64,000 nucleotides of DNA from the NCBI GenBank assembly GCA_052327205.1, contig CM126207.1:260648001-260712000 (forward strand), read 5' to 3'. The notes under the pieces were generated by a model. That model was not told the DNA's origin. It ran no database searches and saw only the letters and a program-made list of their open reading frames with translations. This document shows positions 35,448-47,695 of the stretch, in pieces (position 1 is the first letter of the stretch; every line of letters starts with the position of its first letter). This DNA is from Somniosus microcephalus (Eukaryota). Made by a program: the position numbers and the translations under genes.

Positions 35448-36294
35448 AGCAATAGGCAAATCTTGATTCGAAGGCCACTTTCTGACTGGACGCTTGCTTG
35501 CGCTGACAGATTGGCTATCAGTTGTCCCTTTGGGTTACTGCGGAACACAGGTGTCCCATAAGAACGTGCTCCTCTTTACTAATATTAGCCTGAGATACAG
35601 GTCTACAGGACACATGCAAACCTGTTCCACAGGATGAACACAACTGGCATTCATAGCAAGCCCCAACCTACAGGATCGAAAGGAGACACCTTTGGAGCCA
35701 AGAAAAGGCCGGTCGGTTCTTTGGGTGTTTTTCCTCAATGGCGATTTAGCCAAGGGCTTGCCACACAGGGGAAATTTCTTTTGCGTTCCTTCCCCAGTCC
35801 CAGTCTGTCCTTGGCCCATACGCTGGGGTGTGCGGGCAGGCAATCTGCTACCAAACCTCTGCCAATCCCTCGCTGTGGCAGATATTCCCTTCTTTGCAGA
35901 AGGGTCCTGGCCTCTTGCCCAGCGCCGCCTCACAGTGGGCACAAACCAAGCCTCCTTGCTTCCGTCCCGTGACAGCTACAGCAACGCCCCCGGCACACTG
36001 CGGCCCGCAACTCCACAACAAAGTATCAGATCAGAACAGTGCAGGAATGCCCTTGTATACCCCAGGGAACAGGAGTCGACTAGCCCCAAAATTCTTCTTT
36101 GAAGGAAAACAAGGAGAGAAACCCGTTTCTCTTGGCAACGGCTCAAGAACAAAATGGCAGGAACAACAACTCTGAGGCGAGTGATTTCCCAGAATCCCTG
36201 TCGGCTATCCGGCCGCTCCCTTAAGTGTTACCAGTCATTGCACCTCACCACGTGTAAAGCCATTTGAGATGTTTGAGAGAAATTATATGGTGAT

Positions 36295-36590
36295 ATAAGA
36301 ACAGGACTAGGCCATTCGGCCCCCTCAAGCCTGTTCTGCCGTTCAATATCATGGCTGATCTGTATCTAACTCCATCCAGCCATCTTAAAGAAAGAAAGAC
36401 TTGCATTTCTATAGCGCCTTTCACGACCACCGGACGTCCCAAAGCGCTTTACAGCCAATTAAGTACTTTCGGAGTGTAGTCACTGTTGCAATGTGGGAAA
36501 CGCGGCAGTCAATTTGCGCACAGCAAGCTCCCACAAACAGCAATATGTTTTTTTTGTTATGTTGATTGAGGGATAAATATCGGCCAGGAT
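36295..36590 (-). mobile_element. CR1 tail followed by a Deu-SINE 3' part
   Basis: ataagaacaggactaggccattcggcccc; gacttgcatttctatagcgcctttcacg. Confidence 0.85.
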
Positions 36591-36824
36591 CTTGGCTCCA
36601 AATCCCTTAATACCCTGGGCTAGCAAAAATATACCGATATCAGATTTAAAATTATTTGCACATAAATGCCAATCTTTCTTGGACTAATTATGGGGGAAAC
36701 CATAAAGAGGGATTTCGCCCCCATCCCTACATTGTATGTACCAAACCAAGAGAGACCCCGGTCGATCTTATTTGGAAAGATCCGGTAGACTCCACTCCTG
36801 CCACATGCTATTTGTACACAGTGA

Positions 36825-37305
36825 ACAACAACAACAACAACTTGTATTTATATGGCGCCTTTAACGTAGTAAAACGTTCCAAGGCACTTCACAGGAGCGT
36901 TATCAAACAAAATTTGACACCGAGCCACATAAGGAGAAATTAGGGCAGACTACGGAGGTAGGTTTTAAGGAGTGTCTTTTGGAGGAAAGAGAGGTAGCGA
37001 GGCGGAGAGGTTTAGGGAGGGAATTCCAGAGTTTAGGGCCCAGGCAGCTGAAGGCACGGCCGCCAATGGTTGAGCGATGAAATCGGGGATGTGCAAGAGG
37101 CCAAAATTAGAGGAGCGCAGAGATCTCGGAGAGTTGTGGGGCTGGAGGAGATTACAGAGATAGGGAGGGGCGAGTCCATGGAGGGATTTGAAAACAAGGA
37201 TGAGAATTTTTAAATCGAGGCGCTGCTTAACCGGGAGCCAATGTTGGTCAGCGAGCACAGGGGTGATGGGTGAACGGGACTTGGTGCGAGTTAGGACATG
37301 GACAG
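36825..37305 (-). mobile_element. L2 3' fragment with (TTG)n tail
   Basis: VLTRTKSRSPITPVLADQHWLPVKQRLDLKILILVFKSLHGLAP. Confidence 0.92.
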
Positions 37306-38759
37306 CTGAGGGAGGAATTGGGAGTGTTTTTGTCGCCCCCCCCCTCCCCCCCACATTCAATAGGTGGGGGCCTAGAGTACTTGGGAACTGGTGTCCAACA
37401 CTGCCTTGTAGCAAAGTCGTCAAGCACTCTCAAGCTTGGATATATCGTAGGTAATAGGGGGCACAAGTGCCCCACCGCACTGACCAGCCTTTCTCATCGT
37501 GTGTTACTACCTCCTAACCTTCAAAGTTCCTCCACTACATCCGGCTGAACACCATTTGCAGTAGCCCGTCTTTCTGTGTCCTACTGGGGCATACGGGCCC
37601 ACTCTGTGCGCTCACCGCGGAATGCCCAAATCTAATTTTACTTGGGATCCTCAGAGACTATCAGCAATCTGGGCCAGAATCATAGCCTTGGCAAAAAAAA
37701 AGTCACCCAATCTGCCTGGGTGCCACGCAGTCTGCACAATCCATTATAGATTTGCATGTCTTGGGTCCTGTGTGTTCAATTCCTTTGTAATCAAGAATGT
37801 AAACCTTAAACTGCAAATAAAACATTACTCGGCAGGACAAGGAACCACTTGTGCATTAAAAAAAATATATCTCTACATCTAAAGTTAATCTGCATTTAAT
37901 ACAAACAGCATTAACTGCATTGCAGGGACACGTTAAGGGCAAGTGCATGTCGACGAACCAAACGTGCACTCAAAACAATTTCTGATGTGAAATGGTGAAC
38001 TCGGGTGAGCGGTGATGCATGCGTTACAGAGGGTGCGTTGTTGGTGGGCCCCGCTGTAGAAACAGAACCAAGGCGGTAAAAAATGGGAAAAAAAGAGCAA
38101 CTTTCAGCTCCAACAACAAGAGCTCTATAGACACAATGCATTTGGTGGTGCTGAGCTGAGTGAGGAACAGTGTCCTATTTCATGGCATTTTAAAAGTCTC
38201 TTGCCACGAGTTCACTGAACTGATAACTGATCCTTCATGTGGATTTATGTTAACTGTCTCTCTTTTTTTTTCCGGAAAGTCATGGTCCCAGTTCAGTAAA
38301 TAACATGCAATCCTTCCAGTGTGGCTGGCCTGCCGATAAACCTGTCACCGTGAAGCTTGTAGCAAGCGCCTTAAGCAGGCTGATACAACCCATTAAACTA
38401 TCGGCTTTCAGCCTGGATTTGTCTCCCTCTGTTTAGCTCGTTGGCACTTTTATTTGTCGCTGCGGTTAAGGAAAGCGAGAGAGAGAGAGAGAGATATACA
38501 CACACACACATCGTGAAGTCAGCATCGTTCAGTTCTTTACTCCCCAATTCACTTTGCCATCAATGAGGCATTGTTCCGAGGCGCTATCTCAAATGAGGGC
38601 TTTGACAGATGATGGCTGGGCTGCAGTTTGCGGGATTAAGAAACTGGGCAAGGTCGGCACATCATCAGCTGAAGATAACCCTACAAGCCTCTCCCTACCC
38701 CCGCCAGCCCGCCAGCCCCTAACCCCACACACACATGCTCAGAGCACCTAGAATCCCCA

Positions 38760-39090
38760 GTCCCAAGTCATTAATCACCAGGACTGCACAGCTTTGTGAC
38801 AATAGATACAGAGTTTTAAATTTCTCTTCACAGGTGACCTCTGACCTCGAGGGGTCACTTCGTAATATAATGGCAATGTCGGGGGGGGAAAAAAAACAGC
38901 CTTGCCTTTGAACTAGTCAAGGTCGCGCAGTTCAGCACATTATAGCTATAAAGACAGGAATTTATCACACACGCTGTCGAGGGAACAGATTTCATGTTCA
39001 ATTGTAGAGGATGGCATTGGCTGTCCCAGGACAAAACTGAATATATTCTGGTGAACATCTCACACCAAAGACATGCAAATTACTGGATAG
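38760..39090. promoter_or_regulatory. Candidate enhancer with a perfect DR1
   Basis: TGACCT-C-TGACCT 38835-38847, AGTCATTAATCA 38766-38777, CCTTTGAA, TCAAGGTC, ATGCAAAT. Confidence 0.4.
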
Positions 39091-39589
39091 ATTTTTTTTT
39101 TAAAAAGCGTGCATTTATTATATATCTAACACGTCACTAGCTGGCACTGAGTAACGAGAAAAACTGCTCCAATACCAAACTAACCTGAGCGGAAGAGGGA
39201 GGGAAAAGCACTGTATGGGGCCTTGCAGGGGACAAGCTTCCAATTTCCAGAAATTGTTTTTTTTTAATGCTCTGACAAACACCATAAAAGGTCCCAGAGG
39301 CTGAAACATATGGAGGGTGGGAGTGGTTGGATATCCACCAGGATTGTCCCCGGGCCCTGACAAGATTAGGGGAGAATTTCTGCTTCGGTGCTCCCGGACA
39401 GCGCTTCAGCCAAGTGAGGGTTACTCACGTGCGAGCCTCGACAACGAATGCCGAGCTGGCAAGTCGACAATGGGGGGGCATCACAGCCAAACCAGTGCTG
39501 TCCTGGACAGCGAACCCTGGCTGATTTTCCTATCCCTAGCCTAGCTGTTCCGATGCCAACTGAGGGAGCCCTACTCTGTGAAGGGTAAG

Positions 39590-40042
39590 CTGTGGCTCAG
39601 TCGACAGCACACTCGCTTCTGAGTCAGAAGGTCACAGGTTCAAGTCCCACTCCAGAGACTTGAGCACAACAATCTAGGCTAACACTCCAGTGCAGTACTG
39701 AGGGAGCGCTGCACTGTTGGTGGTGCCGTCTTTCAGATGAGACATTAAACCGAGGTCCTATCTGCTCTCTCATGTGAAAGATCCCACGGCACTATTTCGA
39801 AGAAGAGCAGGGGGAGTTCTCCCTAGTGTCCTGGCCAATATTTATCCCTCAACCAACATCACTAAAACAGATCATCTGGTCATTATCACATTGATGTTTG
39901 TGGGAGCTTGCTGTGCGCAAATTGGCTGTCCCGTTTCCTACATTTCAACAGTGACTGCACTTCAAAAAGTACTTCATTGGCTGTAAAGTGATTTGAGACA
40001 TCCTGAGGTCATGAAAGGTGCTATAGAAATGCAAGTCTTTCT
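39590..40042 (+). mobile_element. Full-length Deu-domain SINE
   Basis: A box TGGCTCAGT, B box GGTTCAAGTCC, Deu core, L2-like tail. Confidence 0.93.
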
Positions 40043-40337
40043 ACTCAAGGTCGGCTAATTCAGCAAATTCATATTTTAGTGAGTTATTCACACACGGACT
40101 CTTACCAATTACAGGAAGCTGGGGAATCGAAGCTGGGAATTCCTAATGGCTCACCTCCGCACTGAGCAGTGCACTTAGCAACTGAACCATCTGGGGAGCC
40201 CGGGACAAGAAATGTAAACAGTATATAACAGAATCTCAGGTGTAAATAAATAGGCAAATTCAACTTAGGCATGACATTACATCGTTGGAGGTGTAACATG
40301 TGGAATGCAGTCACACCAGCAGCTTTTTTATTATGTT

Positions 40338-40842
40338 GATGCTGCCCGTGTCCTAACTCGCACCAAGTCCCGTTCGCCCATCGCCCCTGTGCTCGCTGAC
40401 CTACATTGGCTCCCGGTTAAGCAACGCCTCGATTTCAAAATTCTCATCCTTGTTTTCAAATCCCTCCCTGGCCTCGCCCCCTCCGCATCTCTGTAATCTC
40501 CTTCAGCCCCACAACCCCCTCCTCCGAGATATCTGCGCTCCTCCAATTCTGGCCTCTTGAGCATCCCTGATTATAAATGCTCAGCCATCGGTGGCCGTGC
40601 CTTCAGCTGTATAGGCCCCAAACTCTGGAATTCCCTCCCTAAATCTCTCCGCCTCGCTACCTCTCTTTCCTCCCGTAAGCCGCTCCTTAAAACCTACCTC
40701 TTTGACCAAGCTTTTGGTCAGCTGCCCTAATTTCTCCTTATGTGGCTCGGTGTCAAATTTTGTTTGGTACTGTTACGCTCCTGTGAAGCGCCTTGGGAGG
40801 TTTTACTACGTTAAAGGCGCTATATAAATGCAAGTTGTTGTT
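40338..40842 (+). mobile_element. L2 3' fragment
   Basis: AARVLTRTKSRSPIAPVLADLHWLPV; tail aaggcgctatataaatgcaagttgttgtt. Confidence 0.92.
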
Positions 40843-41019
40843 TTAATTCCGATTCTGGGGCCCGGTGCCCATGAGGCGATTCCCGGTTTTTACACGGCTA
40901 CATCTGGTGCCCGTTTTCTGGCACCAGAATCTTAAGGCCAAGTTGTCGTAGGTCTACGATTCTGCCACTGGGATCAGGGAACCGGAGTTAGCAGCGTAAA
41001 AACTAGGATGAGGCTACGA

Positions 41020-41925
41020 TAGGGTAGTGGTTATGTTGCAGGAGCAGTAATCCTGCAAATTCATTGGCAGGATAGGCGCACCAACGTCAGTGTTCTCACT
41101 CAGGCCAACATCCCCAGCATCGAAGCTTTGACCACGCTCGATCAGCTCCAATGGACGGGTCACATTGTCCGCATGCCCGATATGAGACTCCCAAAACAAG
41201 CGCTCTACTCGGAGCTCCGGCACGGCAAGAGAGCCCCAGGTGGGCAGAGGAAACGCTTCAAGGACACCCTCAAAGCCTCCTTGAGTAAGTGTAACATCCC
41301 CACCGACACCTGGGAATCCCTGGCCCAAGACCGCACAAAGTGGAGGAGAAGCCCATCCGGGAAGGCGCCGAACACCTCGAGTCTCTTCGCCGGGAGCAAG
41401 TGGAAGCCAAGCGCAAACAGCGGAAGGAGCGCACGTCAACCCAAACACCCCACCCACCCGCCCCTTCAACCACCGTCTGCCCCACCTGTGACAGAGACTG
41501 TAGGTCCCGCATTGGACTCATCAGCCACCTGAGAGCTCATTTTTAATGTGGAAGCAAGTCATCCTCGGTTCCGAGCGACTGCCTAAGAAGAATCCAGAGG
41601 CCTGCGCTAATAACCCAGAGAACGAGAGTTCAAATCCCACCACCAGAAACCTGGGCAATGCAAAGCTGGCATCAGTAAAAGTGACCATGAAGCTGTCAGA
41701 AAAACCCAACTGGTTCACTTGCGTCCTTTAGGGATGGAAACCCAGTCCAGTCTATCTGTGACTACAGTCCCACACCAACGTGATTGATTCTTAACTGCCT
41801 TCCGACGTGGCCTAGCAAACCACTCAGTTGTATCAAATGGCTTTCAAGAAGGCAGCCCACCACCACCTTTTCAGGGCAATAAATGCCAGTCTTGCCAACG
41901 ATGCCCACAGCCCGAAAAATAAAAG
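41020..41925 (+). mobile_element. SINE (family of 1085-1485) split in its head by an RTE
   Basis: tagtggttatg...agtaatcc|agaggcc is continuous across the RTE; AATCC duplicated at 41049-41053 and 41591-41595. Confidence 0.75.
41054..41590 (+). mobile_element. RTE/BovB-like LINE 3' fragment
   Basis: QLQWTGHIVRMPDMRLPKQALYSEL..GKRAPGGQRKRFKD; C-terminal CPTC...H...H zinc finger; (AAG) tail. Confidence 0.93.
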
Positions 41926-42439
41926 CCGAGAGCCGACTCACAGACGCCAGTCTCCTGGAATCCTCAGTCTTCGCCAACCTCCGGTGGTTCTGCACCTGCC
42001 AACAACCTCGCCCTTCGGGCCTGCGTTGCCATTCCCGTCCTCCATCCCCCACCCTGGCCTACCATGGGTCTCTCCCCCTTCCCCTCTACTTCAAATCCAC
42101 GCAGTGGCAGTGCCGCCAGCCATTGTCATGGCCCTGCATGCTGCAATCCTCCTTCAGAAACCCCTCCGGCCTCGCTGCAACTCGCATCCCACCTCCTCAA
42201 AAACACGCCTCTTCGATCGCTTCCCCCCAACTCCTGCTCACTGTTCACTCACCCCCTCCACCCTCAGTGAAGAACCGCGGGATGTTTTGCCACCAAAAGA
42301 CAACTGTCGGTTGCAAATACGAAAAACAAATGAGTGCCCTTTAACGTTCCTGGAGGCAGGAAAATTGATTTAACGCAGGAATGTTTTGTACACTTCATCA
42401 CAACAGTGACTATATTTCAAACGGCTGCAAAGCCCTTTG

Positions 42440-43075
42440 AACATAAGAACACAAGAATTAGGAGCAAAAGTCGGCCATACGGCCCCTCGAGCCTGCTCCA
42501 CCATTCTATAAGACCATGGCTGATCTTTGACCTCAACTCCACTTTCCCTCCCGATCCCCATATCCCTTGATTCCCCTAGAGTCCAAAAATCTATCGATCT
42601 CTGCCTTGTTTTGCACACTTTGTACAAAAATAATAAATTGCAGGACAACGGAGTATTACAATTTAAACTCTTTTAATGAAGCATCAGGTCTGTAAGCTTT
42701 CCCAATCAATACAGCACCGTGTGGACAAGATGGAGTCAGGACCCTGGGTCCTCCAAAACAACAGCAGTCCTTACAGATGCCTGCAGGCCAATGACAACTC
42801 AGCATGTGATCACATGTGAATATAATAGGTATTCCTTACAGATGCCTGCGGGCCAATGATAAATCAATATGCAAATGTTACAATCTCAGCCTTGAATATA
42901 CTCAACGACTCAACATTCACAGCCCTCTGAGGTAGAGAATTCCAAAGATTCACAACCCTCTCAGTGAAGAAATTAAATGGCCGCCCCCTTATCCTGAGAC
43001 TATGCCCCCCTAGTCCTAGACTCTCCAGCCAGGCGATCAGCCTCTCAGCATCGAGCCTGTCAAACCCTCTCAGGA
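42440..43075 (-). mobile_element. Two CR1 3' fragments (42440-42605, 42880-43075)
   Basis: CR1 3' UTR and FFTERVVNLWNSLPQRAV. Confidence 0.85.
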
Positions 43076-43569
43076 TCTTCGGGGCGTCCCGAGGTTGGGA
43101 GAAGGCGCTATATAAATGCAAGTATTTTTTTTCAAACACGCATTTCAACCCGGTAATTTTCAATTTAACCTGCTTTGCTATTGGGCACCTTTGTGGCCCA
43201 TGAAACCATAAATTTGAAAGTTCTTTCAAATAATTGATCTATCTTCCCACTCCATACAGGAACTGTGCCAACTGATATGCAAAAACCAGGTGTAGAAATC
43301 AGGCTATTTACATACACACTGTGCAGGATGCTATTTTACAGACAAATATTTGGGCAGTGTAGCTGAGCACTTCATCAGAGCCAGGTGCACATCCAGCACT
43401 CAACATTTTCCCCAACTTCATGACCCTGTGCATAAGAAACTGCGAAGCTACCAAACACGCTGAGCACTGTACAGAGCATTACAAGAGCAGGTTTCTAGGG
43501 TGCCGAAGTTATTCGGGGAAACAGCAACAGCCCCGGAAGAGATATTTACTCTGCAGGGTTTATCACTGC

Positions 43570-44355
43570 AGGAAGAAAGAATTTGCATTTCTATAGCGCC
43601 TTTCACGACCAAAGGACGTCCCAAAGCGCTTTCCAGCCAATGAAGTACTTTTTGATGCGAAGACTCTCGCCTCTGAATCAGAAGGTTGTGGGTTCAAGTC
43701 CCACTCCAGAGATTTGAGGACAAAAATCTAGGCTGACACTCCCAGTGCAGTACTGAGGGAGTGCTGCACTGTCGGAGGTGCCGTCTTTCGGATGTGGCAT
43801 TAATCCGAGGCCCCGTCAGCTCTCTCAGGTGGACGTAAAAGATCCCACGGCCACTATTTCGAAGAAGAGCAGGGGAGTTATCCCCGGTGTCCTGGGGCCA
43901 ATATTTATTCCTCAATCAACATCACTAAAAAAACAGATGATCTGGTCATTATCACATTGCTGTTTGTGGGAGCTTGCTGTGCGCAAATTGGCCGCCACGT
44001 TTCCTACATTACAACAGTGACCACACTTCAAAAAGTACTTCATTGGCTGTAAAGCACTTTGGGACGTCCTGAGGTCGCGAAAGGTGATGTATAAATGCAA
44101 GTCTTGCTTTTCTTTGGGACGTTCTGAGAATATGGTATAGTGTTATATAAATGCAAGTTGCTATATAAATGCAGACGGGGCCTCGGTTTAACGTCTCATC
44201 CGACAGACGGCACCTCCAACATTGCAGCGCTCCCTCAGCACTGCACTGGGAGTCTCGGCCTAGGTTATGTGCTCCAAGTCTCTGCTGTCGGGACTTGAAC
44301 CGCCCGACCATCTGACTCTGAGGCGAGGACACCACCACTGAGCCACGGCTGACAC
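43570..44355. mobile_element. Cluster of Deu-SINEs: minus tail, near-full plus copy (43662-44165), minus head
   Basis: The minus tail (43570-43655) and minus head (44172-44355) bracket a plus-strand copy. Confidence 0.88.
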
Positions 44356-44639
44356 CAGGGACCAGGGGGAGGGGGGACATCCAGAGGCCTGGTCAAACTG
44401 CGCAGGCTTGAAACTACTCACAGCTAGCTCACGAGTTGCTTTGGCAGAGGGCCGGGAGTCCAACACTGGTGGTGGTGTAAAGAGGAATGGAAGCAAAAAA
44501 TGCACTTTAAAAGATTGAACAAAAGATTAAAAACACTTTTAAAAGATGGTCCTCTTTTTACTCAACCTTCCCCCTGCTTCAATACTGGAGCTTCAATCTG
44601 CTGCTCGGTGACTGCAAAGGAAGCCAGGGATTGCCACTT

Positions 44640-45400
44640 ATCTCACATCTTCAAATCATTAAACAGATTTCTCGGAGAGAGCAGTGGGCGTGGAAGCCTT
44701 TGCTCAGTGTTGACGCTGGAAATGTTTTATAATTCTGGGTTAGGTCAAAAGGCCTTTAACGAACAGCAAACTTTTGGCACCGTGGCAATGGCCAGAAGGG
44801 ACATTAGCCTGGCACGCGGCAGCGTGGCGCGCGAGAGGGCTCGCAAATTCGATAACCTGACATTAGTTAACAGTCAGGTTTTTTTCCGACACGCTGCTCA
44901 AGCAGCCCCTTTTCAGGTAACGCGATAAAAGCACGTCCCCAGCTACAACAATTATTTAATCATTCTCCCTTAACACCCGTCAAATTAAGCCGGGGCCCAA
45001 ACCTGCCAGGAGTGGCATTGATAGGTATTAAACTTTAATGAGATCAAATAGTCGTGGCCTACTCTTTAAAGCGTTCAGGCCTCCATTTATGAACATTTAA
45101 TTTCCTAGGCCCTGACCTTTTACTCGTATATGAATGCCTGCTTCTCTTGCCGCGAGAGGCTCCTGTCTCGGCAGCTGGTTTATATTAGAGTTAACGGAGC
45201 CAGGAAGACTGAGAGAGCTAAGTGGCGGCTTGAAATAATGTCAGAAACAATCCAGAGTGATCCTCCGCAGGGTTTTCGAGCATTAATCTATCTGGTACTT
45301 AGGAGGCAGAAATGCTGATAGCATCAAACACATCAGAGACAATAAGCAAAGATCAAGCAAGCCCACATAAAATGAAATCTGGTCGCAGGCTACGGGGCCA
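44640..45400. promoter_or_regulatory. Candidate conserved non-coding element cluster
   Basis: TE-free; AGATCAAA (TCF-like), CTGACCTTT, TTTATGA, TTGGCA sites, TAAT clusters. Confidence 0.35.
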
Positions 45401-45859
45401 TGTACACAACGCTGATTTAAGTAATTTGCTTTAAATTTTGCACGAAACTGCAGGTCAGAGCTGCAGCCCACGTGGAATGACGGTACACAAAAAAAGAGGG
45501 CCCGCGTGTGCATGGTGACAGAATTTTGTGATTAGCTTAAGAGTGTCACTGGAAGGACTGGTGCTGGGAAACAGGGTGAGGCACCAGCCAGGCTGTTTCT
45601 CTTGGACAAGCCACGGCACAACCTTCCTTCAACCTGGGATGTTGCTACTCGACAGAGCAGGACAGCTCGACGCCCCGCTAACCAGCGAATCTCCTCCCCC
45701 CACCGCCCCCCACCCGGCCCCTGCAAAGTTCTCAGATGTCGGGACTCAGCGGCGATGCCTCCCACAGTTCAACAGCCGGCTGACTCTCACTGCGTCCTGG
45801 CTCACGCATGCGGAACAGTATCGGAGGGCGGCCGGCAAAAAGTCAGGAGAGGAACTGGT

Positions 45860-46300
45860 GTGCTGACCCCCTGTTCACCCTGTGCTCGCTTGGCCTACAC
45901 TGGCTCCCGGTCCGGCAACGCCTCGATTTTAAAATTCTCATCCTTGTTTTCAAATCCCTCCATGGCCTCGCCTCCTCCCTGTCTCTGTAACCTCCTCCAG
46001 CCCTACAACCCTCCGAGATATCTGCGCTCCTCCAATTCTGGCCTCTTGAGCATCCCCGATTTTAATCGCTCCGCCATTGGCGGTCGTGCCTTCAGATGTC
46101 TCTGGAATTCCCTCCCTAAACCTCTTCACCTCCCTCTCTTCTTTCAAGACGCTCCTTAAAACCTCCCTCTTTGATCAGGCTTTTTGTCACCTATCCCAAT
46201 ATCCCCTTATGTGGTTTAGCGTCAACTTGTGCTTCACTCCCGTGAAGCGCCTTGGGACGATTTACTACGTTAAAGGCGCCATATAAATGCAAGTATTTGT
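45860..46300 (+). mobile_element. L2 3' fragment
   Basis: GLHWLPVRQRLDFKILILVFKSLHGLA. Confidence 0.9.
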
Positions 46301-47334
46301 TGTAGATCTCAGCAGGACTGCCAGGAGTCTGACTCGGGCACCTCTCCACCACGAAGGGAGGGCACCTCAACACGCACTTAAGACACTTCCCAGAATGGCA
46401 CTGGCACCGGCTGAGGTACAGGACCCCTGCCCACCTGCCCGCCCAGCCAGGAAGCACCATGGGCAGAGGGGCAACCTGGCGCTGGGATGGGAAGTGCAAA
46501 AGTCAAAGTAAAAATAAATTATACGAATGCAAAAGGAGATTAGCATAATGAGGCAATAGTTATTAGAAATTATATAAAGAATGATGGATACCCTGGAGTG
46601 ATTGCATGGCTTTAATCTATTTAAGGGGTTCAGATGCATTAAATAAAGAATTATGGACACCCGGGAGTGATTGCAAGTCTGGGATCTAATTAGGGGCTTG
46701 AGATCGAGCTGTATTCTTCTATTTTATGACATTACTCAAAGCCTAAAATGAGGTTACGGACTTGAAAATCACTCCTGTGCATCCGTTACAATGCTTAGGT
46801 TTGATGGAGGAGGTTGGTTCTGTTCTGGGTTTAGCTCCTGTTCAGAACCACACTGAGGAACTAACAATAGCAACTGTAAGTTTATCCAAGTGATCATCTG
46901 CAGTTGGTTACTGGGAAAGTGGCAGTCTGTCGATTTCCCTTGCACTTTTTTCATTTTTCAATGGTGAACTGCAGTCTCCGACCCACCCTGCCAACACAAC
47001 CGTGCTCCAAGTGTGCAGCTTCAATCCCAAGGAGGGGGTGAAGACTTGTTGGGAGAAATTAGCATTGCGGTATGCCACAAATATTGAACTCAAATTCCTC
47101 TGTCGAACAGGCAAGGTGTAGACAACCCACAGGAATCCCATGTTGCAGAGAGAGAGAGAGGAGGTACTGAGGTATACTGGACACCTCCAGGGGCCAGTTG
47201 GAACAGCTCCAAGAACCAGTTTTATTTTCTCTGGGATGGAGACACCATATTTAACTCGCTTATTTCATATGGAGCCAGGCTGTGCATCAGTTCTAGCACT
47301 CGGTCCCTGACTGGTACAATAGTGACCCAAAATC

Positions 47335-47695
47335 ACCCGCCACCTCCACTCCTCCTCCCCCTCAGCCCACTACCTCCCCTCCCCCAGCCCGTCACCTCCC
47401 CTCCCCCAGCCCGCCACCTCCCCTCCCCCCCAGCCCGCAACCTCCTCCTCCCCCCAGCCCGCCACCTCCCCTCCCCCAGCCCGCCACCTCCTCCTCCCCC
47501 CCAGCCCGCCACCTCCCCTCCCCCAGCCCGCCACCTCCTCCCCTCCCCCAGCCCGCCACCTCCCCTCCCCCAGCCCGCCACCTCCTCCTCCCCTCCAGCC
47601 CGCCACATCCCCTCCCCCAGCCCGCCATCCCCTCCTCCCCCACAACCCACCACCTCCCCTCCTCCTCCCTCCAGCCCGCCACCTCCCCTCCCCCA
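47335..47695. repeat. C-rich minisatellite (ccctcccccagcccgccacct)n
   Basis: About 15 units of 21-25 nt. Confidence 0.93.
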
